DNA from: Jimgerdemannia flammicorona
Taxonomy: Eukaryota
Length of the DNA: 33,213 nt
Reading direction: 5' to 3'
Assembly: GCA_003990765.1 (NCBI GenBank)
Contig: RBNJ01000320.1
Coordinates: 1 to 33,213 of the forward strand
Shown here: one piece after another, positions 1 through 11,997 of the stretch
How the letters are laid out: every line of letters starts with the position of its first letter
Numbering within the stretch: the stretch's first letter is position 1
Position numbers and translations under genes: made by a program
Notes under the pieces: generated by a model
Databases searched by the model: none
The model's input: the letters and a program-made list of their open reading frames with translations, nothing else
What the model was told of the DNA's origin: nothing

Positions 1-95
1 TATAGTCACTTGGACTCTGCCATTTATTACCTATCTATTAATAATCTTACAGTTTACCCTCCCACTACCTGATCCCCATAGGGGTGCCACTCCTC

Positions 96-3000
96 CTACC
101 TATATAAACAAAGACCACTTTCTCACCCACAACACCAACCCTCCCCCCACTCTGCCTACAGATTTGTTCTACCAAATGATGCCTTCGACCCCCCTTCAAC
201 CCCTAACCAAGCTACGCCCATCAAGGTATCTTCCATAAGGCTATGCTATCTCATCAACCTGACCTCAGAGCCAAGTTTCCTTCCATCCTCAAAAACAAAT
301 AATCAGTGACTGGCCAGCCCCACCTAAATGGCCAAAGCCCAACCCAATGTCAGCTATTTCTTCCCCACCCCCTCCTCCAGTCTGTCCCTTAAATCCTCCC
401 ATCACTCCTGCACATCAGCTCCCCTACACATTACTCCCAGATAATCTCCAATATTCTGCCAAAAGGTACTAAGTACCTCACACTCTCCTAACCAATGTTC
501 AGGCATCTGTACATATTCTCCTTCCTGCTCTACATTATAACACTCTTCACAGTCAAAGCAGCCTCCCTTGATAAGGTGACCTGAGTGGAAGTTGAGCATG
601 ATATTTCACCTCAGCACATACCACCAGACTACCCAGTACTTTGGCGACAGTCACCTCCTCACCTTGGCACTCTAGGCCCAAATACTATACTAGTCCCACT
701 CCTTGTCAATTCCTACATCCTGCTAACTGCTAGGCCACAGATCCTGGCCTGGTCTCTGTTGGCATTCAATCCCATCACCAATATCAAACTCAATTAAGGG
801 AATGCCACCTAGTAACACTCAGTCCCATCTCTATATCGCTGGGTCCCAAGCCTCCTCCCCTTCATTTCCCTGCCACCTAATTCCAATGCAGTGCACTCCT
901 TCCACCACTCCCCACCAGAAGCCTTTGTATCACAATTGTCCAGAGTTCTGAAGGCCCACAAGTACTAGGAGATCACCAGTCGAACCTCTCAGAGAGGACC
1001 TCATCTCCCAGACTTTCTGCAGTAGGGGAACCCAACCCCCCCCTCTCAACTCCACTGCTCTCTTCAGCCACCATACTCTCAAGCAGTGTAGCCTCTTAGG
1101 AAAGTCAACCAGCCCCAGTCCCCCACTCACCACTGGTAAGGACAAGACCTCTCAGTTGATCTGACTCCACCTTCCAGCCCAGATCCACCCCTTGGCCAGC
1201 TTTATCAATCACTTCACCACCCAAGCTGGGAAGTCCAGATGATAAGCCAGATACTATACCTTTGGCAGCCAATAGACATTCAGAATCGAAATGCATCCTG
1301 CCAGAGACAATTAACAGCCCCTCCAACTCCACAGAGCCTCCTCCCAAATGCTAACCCACTGCTCCCACCAAAGTCTGGGCAGAACCGACCCATATACTGA
1401 CAGATAAATACCCAAGTACTGTACTGCCTCACCAGCAGGGACAATTGCACCAATAATCTCCCCACCCACTAGACCATTGCCTAACACCATTGTTTCGCAC
1501 TTATGCCAATTAAGCTGAGCCCCAGAGTTCACCTCATACTACTCCACTATTTCCTTGAGCTTCTCAACATCCACAACTGATCCTAGACCGACCACCATGT
1601 TATCTGCAAATGCCCCTACTTTTCACCCAATGCTAAAGATAGAGAGCCCCACTATCTTCTGCCTGATTCTGTCCATAAAGGGCTCCAGGGACAAAGTGTA
1701 CAGAATGGGGGACAGTGGGTCCCTCTGGGGCACCCCCCTACCTAGGGGAAATGCTACCCCTCTATGTCTATTACACATGAGTGCCACCCTACTTCCTTCT
1801 AGTAGGCTGACCATAGTAGTCCTGAACTGTCACGGGACCCCAATCCTATCCAAAACTTTCACCAGCCAGATCTGTCACACTCAGTCATAGGCCTTCTCCT
1901 GGTCCAAAAAGACCAGATGCCCATCCAGTCCACTGGCTCATACCTCTTCAATAATGCCATGCACCCATGCTGTGCCATCCCTGATGAGCCAGCCTCCAAC
2001 AAAGCCCCATTGCTCCTCACCTAAGACTTGCTGGACCACCTTTTGCAACCTTGTGACCACTACTTTGGTAACCAACTTTCTGTCCATATCCAGTAGCATA
2101 ATCGGCCTTCAGTTCTTCTAGTCCTCTTGGCTTCCTTTGTTCTTATAAAGCAATGTCACCAACCCTAGATCCTGTTCTCCCACCCATCTCCCTGTCTGTA
2201 GAATCCAATCATACAGTGTCATCATCTCTCCCAGTACTCCAGGGACTTCCACCATCCTTTTCCAGAAGTCCCAGGGCAGACCATCCTCCCCAGGCACCAT
2301 ACCCAAGATTGTTACAGCAAGAACCTGGTAGATCTCCTCCTCTAGTACTGGAAGTACTAAGACACCCAACCCATCTGCTTGGGTAGAGTGCCAATCCTCC
2401 AATGCTCGATCAATGTCCTCAGCATCTGCCCCACCCTCCTCCTCACTCCACAATCCACTCCAATGCTCTTTTAATGATCCAAGAATGTCTTGTACCCCAT
2501 GCACCAATGAATCATCAGCATTAAGTACCCCTCTCACCTTTGCTGCACCTTTCTCGCCTGAAGGGCTCTTGTAAGAAACTTTGAGGGCCGCTCTCCTTCC
2601 TCCAGCCCCTGCCAACAAAGCCACACTGCCAGACCCTGGACCCTTGCCTCTTCCTCATTCCGCAGCACCTGTTGTAGTTCAGCCACCTCCATTCTTAACC
2701 TTATCAATCGCCAGTTCTCCTCTCCCTCCAATGTCACTAGTCTTGCCCAGTCCTCCAAGAGTCTAGATAGTCTACTAGATACCCACCATATCTGCTGCCT
2801 CCTCTGTCTCCCTGCCTCCATACTAGCCTCACTCCAGAAGGCCCTGGCCATCTCCTTCATCCTCATCCACCGAATATCAACTAGGACACCTTCCTGCCTC
2901 CAGTACTCCACCTGCATTTGAATGACTTTAGCCCATTTATTCCACCAGATCTTATCATCTAGTAAGGAGGAATTGAGATGCCAATGTCCAGGCCCATCCC

Positions 3001-3717
3001 CACTCTCCCCAAAATGTCTCTGCCCCAAAAGCCCCCAATGATCTGACCAAGGACACCATTCTACCTCTAGTGACTTCCAAACATCCAAGCCCCAGCAGCT
3101 GGCTGTTAGAATCCAATCAATCCTTATCCCCAGGCCCCTGGCCCAGTGTGTGTATACCTTCCTATTCCCCCAACATTCTCTACCTACATCTACTAGAGCA
3201 CTCAGTCTTTCCACTTCCTCCCATACCACCAGTCCTCCACTCCAATCTACAGCTCCTTGTCCTTCATCAGTTCTATTCCTCAAAATGTCTCAGACCATAT
3301 TGAAGTCCCCACCAAGCACATCTACTCCAACCTCCATAAGAATTCCACTCTTCTGTAGGCCCATCACCCAATTCACCCACTTGCCCTATACTGTAAAGCA
3401 GTAATAGGAGCCCACCACAACTGGCCCCAGCCTGTATATATCCACTCTCTCCAGACCAATCTATCCCCCCAGCTCTGCATATCCTGTATCTCCCCTCTGC
3501 CCTTCCACACCAGAATTCCAATCTTGCCCTTCCAAACTGCCTCACCTCCCCACTTCTTCATCCATTCTAGTCTATCCAAGTCATCCTCACACCTGACATC
3601 CTGCAAGAGGAAGAGATCAGCCTCCAATCCCTTCAGCCAAGTAAAAATGTTCTTATGTTGATAAGTGCCCCATAACCCATTCATATTCAAAGAAAAAATG
3701 TTAGTTATACTATTCAT
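96..3717 (-). pseudogene. LINE ORF2 (AP endonuclease + reverse transcriptase + C-terminal Cys/His motif), with stops and frameshifts
   Basis: APE motifs IFSLNMNGL..ADLFLLQD (3717-), RIDWIL and WSDH (2534-3283 ORF). RT motifs PGEDGLP, LVTLLYK, GVPQRDPLSPILY, VGAFADNMVV (FADD>FADN, ~1595-1620) and YLGI. C-terminal CEEC..EHWLGEC (402-599). The 3' end is inferred by reading through stops. Confidence 0.9.
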
Positions 3718-5783
3718 AAGGGAAATTATATAGTTTCAGATACATCCTCTACTACTCTATATCCACTTTCTCCTATGCCCTATCCAGGTTATGCTCAGCA
3801 ATAGCTTCTGCTTCCTCAGTCCTCTTAGCCTCCAATTCAGCCAGGATTTCAGCTATCTCTCCATCTTCCTTTTCCTCAAACTCCTTGTGGTACTCCAAAC
3901 AAGCCTCCTGCCAGAGCTGCAGTCCATGCTACTTAGTCCAACAGTGGACAGCCTGCTCACCTGCCACAACTGCCAGAGTAGCTTCCCTCTCCTTATCTAT
4001 CTCATACCCCTCCTCCTCCAAGTATACTGCCAGAATTTCTGCCTTCAATGCTGCCACCACTCCATCGCCCTGCAGGATCCTTGCCCAATGCTCATCACTC
4101 ATCACTTGGAGGTCAACTTCCCCCAGCTCTTCTGCTGCCAAGTTATTCATCATCTGGCATACCCAGAGCAAGTTTCCCACCTCCTTCCCTTCTGGGGTCA
4201 CTGGCCTCCCTCTATCCAACATCATAGTATCAGTCCCTACACTCATCAACTCATTTCATCCCTCCTCTGAGACATCCACCAATTCCTCCTCTCCAGTTAC
4301 CTCTACCAATCCCCCCTTCTCCACATTTGGGACTCCAAAGTGCACCTGCTGAGCACCGTGCATCAGCACATCCTCCACCATCCTACCTCTCACCACCAGA
4401 CCCCTTCTGATAAAGGGGGAGGGTGAAGGTAAATCCTCCCAGGTTTCCTCCCAAACCTCTAGTGTGTCATCTTCATATGGATTCTTACTCAGCACCTTCT
4501 TGGCCTCCACCCGCCCCCCCTCCTCATTTCTTCCACTACTAGCAGCCCAGACACTTGCCTCAGTACCTCCAGTGGTTGCACTATTGCTTGCCTTCCTCAT
4601 CACCTTCACCCCCATTTTCGCCAACAATTCCCTCTGCCTTCTGCACCCTTAGGACCTCTCCCACACCTCCTTGTTGATGCGGACTCACTTCCCTCCAACC
4701 ACCTCAAGATGTGTCACCTCCTCGAATACCTTCCATACTTTCACCCTCCTCTCCACTGCTCTACTCAACTCCTCCAGTGCTTCCAGCAAATCCTTCTCCT
4801 CCTCCTTGCTCTCCTTTACTCTCATCATCTTATACAAGATAGCCCCCCACACCATTACTGAGGGCCAGTCCCGAGCCTTCCCAGTAGCCTCCCATCCAGC
4901 CAACTGAATCCTGATATCAACATCCCCTATCTGGAGGGAGGTTTCTTCCCACACTCTGAACCCAATATCGACTACCTCCCCATACTCGGCTATGAACTCC
5001 TCGACTCTCTTCCTCATCTCTACAGCAGTAACAGTGGGAACTCCTTTCACCAGAAGCTGCACTACTCTTGGGTCCCACTGCAGATATCTCACCATTGGTA
5101 TGCACACCTTGCTTACTTTCATCCCAGTCTTCAAAGCCTCCTCCAGTGGCCCAGCCTCCTCAAACCCCACCTCTACCCCTTCTAGGCCCTTCAGGAACTT
5201 AACAGATGCTGCACCACTCATCTGCTTCATGATCAGCCCCAGAACCATTTTTGCCATCACTGCCAAGTCCTGGAAATACATCATGACTGCAAATTCCAAG
5301 ATTGACTTCTTGAGTAATAGAGCCACCACCAGTCCCATTATACCATCTGCCAGGTCCCCAGGCCTCATGCCCTTCCCACTACTTAGCTCACCATCAGTAG
5401 TCCCATCTAGATTTTTTTTCCAGATTGCCTGTCACACCCCCATCAGTAGTCCCTGCCTCAGCTGCTACCCCTCCAGCACCACCCCTATGGCCCTCCAGAG
5501 AGGTACCCCCATGAGGTTGCTGCCTTGTAGCCCTCACTAGCACCTTCTCCCCCCTCAGCCAGCTCTCCAGTCCAGCTCTCTGCTGACCCCCCTTCACCTT
5601 CTCCACAAAGCTTACTCTGTCAGACCCTTGACCCCCAGCTCTGCCCCCTCCTCTACTGCATCCTCCCACCAGCAGGCCCCTCATACTTCCCCCCAAGTCA
5701 GGGCCTCTCCCCACTTGCTGCCATTCAAATGCTCCAGGGCCACCCTGCCCAGTATGCACCTCAGGATACTCATTGGTTGCCAT
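3710..5783 (-). pseudogene. LINE ORF1 (gag-like nucleic-acid-binding protein), decayed
   Basis: ORF pieces 4685-5368, 4256-4627 and 3929-4249 are in one frame, which continues to a TAG at 3710-3712 overlapping the ORF2 start region. The ATG at 5783 is in a shifted frame. The position upstream of ORF2 is typical; no specific motif was recognised. Confidence 0.7.
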
Positions 5784-5859
5784 GATACTAGTAGCTTGTC
5801 TCTGGAAACTGTATTGAAAGTGTTGCCAAAAGATTGTATAACCTGAATGTTGTTACTTC

Positions 5860-6239
5860 TTTTTCTTTGTCTTTTCTTAATATTCTACAATCTTTCAGTA
5901 CTTTCTGAACACTTAGAAATCCTTTCTTGGTGCTGAGCATCCACTAGTACTTATTTAGCTAATTACTGAATATCCTGAAAACTTATAGAACTTTATTTGT
6001 TATCATTTGTCATCCTTGCCAAGAACTTTCCTCTTGGCATTTTTCTTTGATTTCTCAGATCCTTCCAGATCCTTCTTTCAGATCTTGTATAAATATCCAC
6101 TTTGTTCTCATGAATAAAGTCTCAGAATATTTTCTCCCAGAAATCCTTTAAGAATACTCGAACCTTTAAATATCTCTTTGAGCTACTTTAGAACCACCAG
6201 AACTAGTTGCTTCCTCATTTAGAAACTAGAACCATTACA
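5860..6239 (+). repeat. 5'-truncated LTR (family E), interrupted by the LINE
   Basis: Aligns with 6726-7193, including TATAAAT..GAATAAAG and the shared end GAAACTAGAACCATTACA. The first ~60 bp are missing where the LINE 5' end sits. Confidence 0.8.
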
Positions 6240-6241
6240 AT

Positions 6242-6397
6242 CATATTGAGTATAAAGCTGAGAAAATCCTTAACAAATAAATCTGCTATCACTGTCCTGA
6301 ATACCTAGTCAAGTGGATGAGTTATCCTAAATATGATGCTACCTGGGAACTACTGGTCAATCTCAAGAACTCTTAAGATCTAGTTCAAGACTTTGAG
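6242..6397 (+). pseudogene. Chromodomain remnant of a chromovirus (Ty3/Gypsy) integrase
   Basis: Manual translation HIEYKAEKILNK*ICYHCPEYLVKWMSYPKYDATWELLVNLKNS*DLVQDFE matches the chromodomain consensus Y.VE.IL..R.....YLVKW.GY....TWEP..NL. It is followed by a PPT and an LTR. Confidence 0.88.
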
Positions 6398-6712
6398 GTA
6401 AAATGCATTGCTCAATCCCTGTAGTGACTTCCTTAGATTGTTAATGACCTATAGTAATGATCAGTATCTTATGTATTGGAAGTTTACTTTGGGACCCCAG
6501 AACCAGCAGAATATTTAATGAACAAGAAGTCCACCAAAATGAAGCTACTAGCTGGGTTTGAACCCCTTCTAGTTGATTAGTCTGGTAATAGACCCTCTGC
6601 CCTATATGAGGATGGCCAATCTCCACTAATATACTAATTCAAGTTTGAGAAATTTTGGTTAAGTATATCTAGTCTTATATTATCTAAGAACTCAATAAGG
6701 ATATTGGTTCTT

Positions 6713-6725
6713 AAGGAGAGAGAGA
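6713..6725 (+). promoter_or_regulatory. Polypurine tract of the chromovirus remnant
   Basis: AAGGAGAGAGAGA lies immediately before the TGTAAC LTR start. Confidence 0.75.
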
Positions 6726-7193
6726 TGTAACAATTTCACAGTCATATATATTTAGTCTTAGTACATTTTCACATCTTTTAGTTAGTCTTTTCTTGTCTTT
6801 TCTTGAACATTCTACTATATTTCATCACCTTTTACTTACTTAGAAATCTTCTCTCAGTGCCCAGATACAACTAGAACATTCTTATCTTTTCTTGATACCA
6901 AGCACCTTGTCTTAGCTAGTTATGGAACATTTTGGAACATTGTAGAATAGTATTAGTCAGCTTTGTCAAGAACCTATTTCTTGGTATTTCTCTTTCTTTT
7001 CAAGATCTTTTCAGATCTTTCTTTCAGATCATATATAAATATTCTTATTCTCTGTCTGAATAAAGCTCAGAATATTTTCTCTCAGAAATTCTTCAAGAAT
7101 ACTTGAACCTTTAAGTATCTCTTCAAGCTACTTTAGGTCAACAAAAACTTCCAAATTTAGCTGCTTCCTCTTAAAGAAACTAGAACCATTACA
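6726..7193 (+). repeat. 3' LTR (family E, 468 bp)
   Basis: TGTAA...TTACA termini, preceded by a PPT, with an internal TATA and AATAAA. Homologous to 5860-6239. Confidence 0.85.
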
Positions 7194-7467
7194 ATTATAT
7201 TTGAAGCTCTTGAGACTATATCACTACTTTGGGGCTTGCTTCTGACTTACTTATAAAGCTCTCAGTACTATATTCAAAGCTCTTGGAGCTCACTTATTTG
7301 CTAGCATTGACTTACTTATTATATATATTATCACTATCTAAAGCTCTTAGTACTATATATATATTTGAAGCTCTCAGTTCTATATATATTTGAAGCTCTC
7401 AGTACCTCTTGGGGCTCACTTATTGGCTAGTATTAAAAACATATAAATAAGCTATCTAAGCTATCAT

Positions 7468-7474
<7 letters not shown>

Positions 7475-7523
<49 letters not shown>
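7475..7523 (+). repeat. Poly(A) tract (49 nt), preceded by T8
   Basis: Read directly from the sequence. Confidence 0.95.
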
Positions 7524-7525
<2 letters not shown>

Positions 7526-8354
7526 AATAAAAACAAAATAACCTCTGACCTTCAAACTTATCTAAACCATCTCTCATAACATTTCAATGATCTGAATGTG
7601 ATGATTAGAAAGATTGTTATTTGGTTAAATAATGATAGAAAGAAGACTACTGAATACAAATATAAGATGAAGAAAAAAATGATCAAGAAAGTACTTGAGT
7701 AGTTTATCTTAGCCATTGTTCCTCAAGCTACCTCTACTATTATCTCTCAAGCTATCTCTGCCATTACCCCTCAAGCTGTCTCTGCTATTGCTTTTCAAGC
7801 TTTTACTCTAGTCTTGACTACTACTTTTATCTTAGTCCTGGCCTCAGCCCCAGTCCTGATCTCAGCTGTTCTGACTACTCCAGCCATCTTAGCTACTCTG
7901 GCCACCCTGGCTATAGCCACTCTGGTTGTCTCTGCTATCTCTTCAACTGTCTCTGCCTCTGCCTGCTCTGCTCCTACCTGTCCTGCCTCTATCTGTCCTA
8001 TCTGCCCTACTCCTGCTTATTCTGCTCCTGTCTGCTCTACCTCTATCTGCTCTATCACTTCAAAGTCAAGAGGTCATCCTCTTAAAGCTTGTTATATTTG
8101 TAATAGGTATGGTAAAATATATTGTACTATTCTCAAGATCTGCCAGTATCTTGATCTATCAATCTCTGATATTTTTTTAAGAAAAAGGCCATATAATAAC
8201 TTATGTTGAGTAGTGATTACTAGGACCAGGTATGCTGGCCTTAAATAGATTATTTGGAATAGAGATATAAATGAATACTAGTCTTAAATAGGTTATTTAA
8301 ATATGTATATATAGATTGATGATACAAAATTGATAATATATAATTTATATATCA

Positions 8355-8485
8355 TCAACTAATTTAAATTAGACTCTCAATTTGATTCAAATCAAATCAA
8401 ATCAGATCTCAATTCAATTTAATTCAATTTGAATTACCCCTAATTTGATTTAATTTGAATTGATTCAATTTGTTTAGGAATACTA
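8355..8485. repeat. Array of decayed TTCGA/AATCG-type pentamers ending in GGAATACTA; possible DNA-transposon (hAT-like) terminus
   Basis: TTCAA/TTTGA/ATCAA pentamers occur in both orientations and are consistent with CpG decay of ATTCG/CGAAT. The end reads TAGTATTCC on the minus strand. No partner end was seen. Confidence 0.4.
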
Positions 8486-8767
8486 ACTAAGATAAGATAA
8501 TAACTAGTTTTAGATCCTAAGGTAAGATATATAAAAGACTAGATATACTTATATAGTTTCAAATAACTTAAGATAGTAGAAGGATGCAGAGACTTGTTCT
8601 ATAATCTCAAAAAATCTAATAAACTTAGATTAAAATTTATTTAATAAGTAGTTGACTTGAGATTATATTTTGAGGTTCTCAGTAGATAAAAGAACTTAAT
8701 TACTAATAATATAGATGATATTATAGTATTTTTTATTAGTATACTTTATTTGATATTATTGAGTCTT

Positions 8768-10843
8768 TGTTAGAGGGTTGCTTTTTAGGGTAACTGTTAC
8801 ATAGTTCTGGAAGGGTTTTCTGGAAGTTCTAGATATTCTGGAAGACCATTTTCTTATGGTCAAGATCAATTTTGTATAGAGTACGTCCTCTACACTTATT
8901 GATTTCAAGATCAGGTTGATGTCTCAATCAAAGTCCTTTTTCGAACTAGTTCTAGATGTTCAGGATTTTCTGTATTTCAGGAAGTTCAAGAAACTAAGAC
9001 CAGCTTAGTTGAATTGGCATATTATTGCAGACAATACCCAATTAGGAAATTTTGTGATAGAGTTAGGAGTGGGGCCTAACAAGGAGTAGATTTACTTAAG
9101 AGTGGTTTGTATGTTATTAAAGAGGTTTATTTACTATTTATGATATTGCTATACTAGGAGTAGTTGTATAAAAGAATATTGTGGGGAAGTATTCAGGAAT
9201 GTTCTTATATGTTCAAGTCTGTTCAAGTCTGAGATTCTGAGGTCTGGGGGAGGGGGTATTTATACTAGTGAGGGGCTATCTGGACTATACTAGATATGAA
9301 TGTAGCACTAAGTACCTTGCTGAGTCAGAATGCAGTCATATAGTACAAGAGTGATCTGACATGTCAAGAGATCGTCTGACTGCTGAGTCAGTTCACAGTT
9401 ATGTCATATATATAAGGCTAATCTAACTATACTATAACTGCTAAGCTATTTATAGGTTTAGACACTGTCTGGGTAGTCTTCAATGATATCACTATCAATG
9501 ATATCATCTCTGATGAAGTAGTTATCTAGGAAAAGTAGTTTGCAGATTACTTCTCCTTGTTCACTGAGATAATAATATATTGGAACTTCATTACCATCCT
9601 ACAGAATAGTATCTTCTGTCTCATATACTGGATAAGGTATTGGTGGGTGGAGGAGAGGTACATTGTCTTTGCTTTTATCAGATTTGCTGTCTGCATACCT
9701 TCTGTAGATTACAGCACTATGAGTTATGGGATTATAGTAAGCTGGTGGCTGTGGTTCATATTACTCATACTTGGGTGGTGGAGTGGTTGGTTCAATCTCG
9801 AGGGTTATCTGGAGGTATAAGTTGTGTTCTCTGGTTTCTTCATTGTAGTTGAAGTAATCAGGGGTAAATGTGGGTTAGTATTCATACCAGTGGTCATTGT
9901 TTCAATAAGTCTCATATGCTGTTATGAATTGTTGTAAGTTCATCAGCAAGGTTGGTGGTATGATCAGGGTTGTCAGGGATTCTTGGCTTGAGGTCATATC
10001 GGTGTCAGAGAGATCATTGTCTTCTGCTTCATCTTCATTAAAGTGGATTATATCATAGACATCCTTTATGGCATATCTGACTTAGAGTATTTGCAGGATA
10101 TAATTGTTGGGGTGTGGGAAGATTCTGTCTGTGATTTCGATGTACTTGAGGTACTTGTGGTTGAGTTCTTGTATCATATTGTCAATTTGGCCATAGGACA
10201 GAGTAGCAATCATTTTGGCTATAGTAACTTAGAAGTAGAGAATAACAGTGCTATACTTATAGAAGAGTTCTCAGTATTTGCAGGCAATGAGTTTCTGGTG
10301 TTGAGACATCTGGATAATATCTGTATCATGGTAGTATTTGACCATGTCTTCTAGGAGACAACCGATCTGGTAGTAGCTTGAGATTTGTCCAATTTGGTGG
10401 GCCTTATTGAGTATATTTAGGGCATTCTATCGGGCTTCTACAAAATAGAGGAGTGCTAGGCTATGGATATTCATGAGGGGCAGAGGGGGAGTGGCTTGGT
10501 TGACAATGGCATTCCAAATGTCAGTGCAGATATGGGTGTAGATATCAGTGGTCATGTTTGTGTGTTTGGAAGTTGTAGTTGTTGTTTGTTTTGGTTCTCT
10601 GGTTTGATGTGTCTCAGTACTCAGTATATATGTATTTGGTCCTGATTGGTAAGATTCTGTTTATATGAATCTTGTATTCTGTAACTTCATGTTGACTCAG
10701 CTTTGTGCACTGTGACTTCAGTTTGACTCAGCTTTATGATCAAGCAGGTGATTTCCAGATTTGTTCAGAGGTTACATATGATTTCAGTGGCTTGTTCAGA
10801 GGGTGATATGTGATTTCGGTAGCTTGGAGGTTGTGCACTTACA
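8768..10843 (-). mobile_element. Solo LTR, family B (2,076 bp), with 5-bp TSD GTCTT
   Basis: Reverse complement of 14375-16437. Minus-strand termini TGTAAG...CTAACA. GTCTT lies at both 8763-8767 and 10844-10848. Confidence 0.93.
9458..10555 (-). pseudogene. LTR-encoded ORF of unknown function (solo-LTR copy, 1,098 nt)
   Basis: ATG at 10555 and TAA at 9458-9460, the same length and register as 14663-15760. It has sense codons (CAA, CAG, TGG, CAG) at four positions where the other copy has stops. Confidence 0.75.
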
Positions 10844-11430
10844 GTCTTCTAAAGATTTATAGTAGTAATTTTAAGTAGTTTATCTATTTTATCTATAAAG
10901 TTCTTAATGATGAGAACTTATATTTAATTGTTTTTCTAAAAGGAGATTAGACTTGTAGAGATCTCAAAATCTTAACTATAACATTAGGAAAAAAAAACTT
11001 CAGTTTATATTTATTAGTTTATATTTATAGCTATTTGAGTTTATATTATTTAATATAGTTTGAGTTTATAGTTATTTAGTTTATATTACTATATATTTCT
11101 ATCTATATATTTACTATTTAGTTTATATAGCTGTATCTTTAAGAAAATAAATCTATTAGTATCTACTAGATTATATCTATAGTTATTCAAGTTTGTATCA
11201 TAAAATTATAGTTTATATATTGTACTTTTCTATTTATATTCTTAGCAATTTAATTTATAAAATATACAGAAATTTAAGGGTTAATTCAGAACTAGTAAGT
11301 ATGACTACCCAGATAAGAAAAATAATAAACAAATAGTATTTATTATCAGAATAAATCTGCAACTCAACTGTTCTAATTTCTCAAATAATATTCTTAATAC
11401 TATTGATAAAATTCAGGTATTTATTGCTAT

Positions 11431-11898
11431 TGTGATAATATAGCCAGATTTGGAAGAAGGAAATAGAGAACAGACACTTAATCACATCTAGTCTCAAAGT
11501 AGTATAGCTACATAGTTAGCAGTACCCGATTTCACCATTTGCTAAATATTTCGCAAAGTGCAAGATCAAGCTTCTTGATATAGTATAGCATTTTGCAACT
11601 GGCAAAATATTTTGCAAAGTGTTAAATGACTCATAACCTAGCTATATAACTTAGTAACTATCTCATAGCTAGCAAACTTGTATAAATAACCCAGTATCTT
11701 TGAGTGAATAAAACCTCAGATTGAAATAGTTCAAAGAAAAGGGATAGCAAAGGAACTAGTAAGCCTGTGGGCAGATATACTTTGAACTCATCCACCCTCC
11801 CCTGCAACTTCAAAAGACTCTGCAAGAGTCAGAATAGTCAAGTTTTCAAGATACAGAAATCTGATGTACTTTCAAGAGTAAGTGTCTGCTACATTACA
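11431..11898 (+). repeat. 5' LTR of element A (~468 bp)
   Basis: Starts TGTGAT at the edge of AT-rich DNA (start inferred, no partner LTR). TATAAAT at 11681, AATAAA at 11707. Ends TTACA, followed by ACT and TGG. Confidence 0.7.
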
Positions 11899-11901
11899 AC
11901 T

Positions 11902-11918
11902 TGGTACTCATTGGCTGG
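11902..11918 (+). promoter_or_regulatory. Primer-binding site of element A
   Basis: TGGTACTCATTGGCTGG begins 3 nt after the LTR end. The cognate tRNA was not identified. Confidence 0.6.
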
Positions 11919-11997
11919 TAATTCAAGATGAATTCCTCACTTTCAAGCTGAACAATGAACAACTACAACAAGAACCCACACAACACAATCAGACAAA

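Larger units (their letters stand above)
1..5855 (-). mobile_element. Non-LTR retrotransposon (LINE, L1/Tx1-like), near full length, decayed
   Basis: Minus strand carries ORF1, then ORF2 with APE endonuclease, RT and C-terminal Cys/His motifs. A short 5' leader (~5784-5855) abuts an interrupted LTR. The 3' tail lies at or beyond the window start. The 5' boundary is approximate. Confidence 0.9.

Noticed and set aside
7814..8209. Secreted cysteine-rich protein gene (131-aa ORF)
   Set aside because: It has a non-ATG start and low complexity, and most cysteines are explicable as CGY>TGY decay of Arg codons.
9557..10645. Plus-strand hydrophobic ORFs (9557-9820, 10043-10354 and others), and similar antisense ORFs across the window
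   Set aside because: They are antisense shadows of A/C-rich coding frames on the other strand, with no independent motifs.
10849..11430. AT-rich tracts (also 8486-8767 and 28352-28825) as origins or centromeric DNA
   Set aside because: They are better explained as extremely mutated old repeats, as shown for 28826-29310. No domain could be read with confidence.
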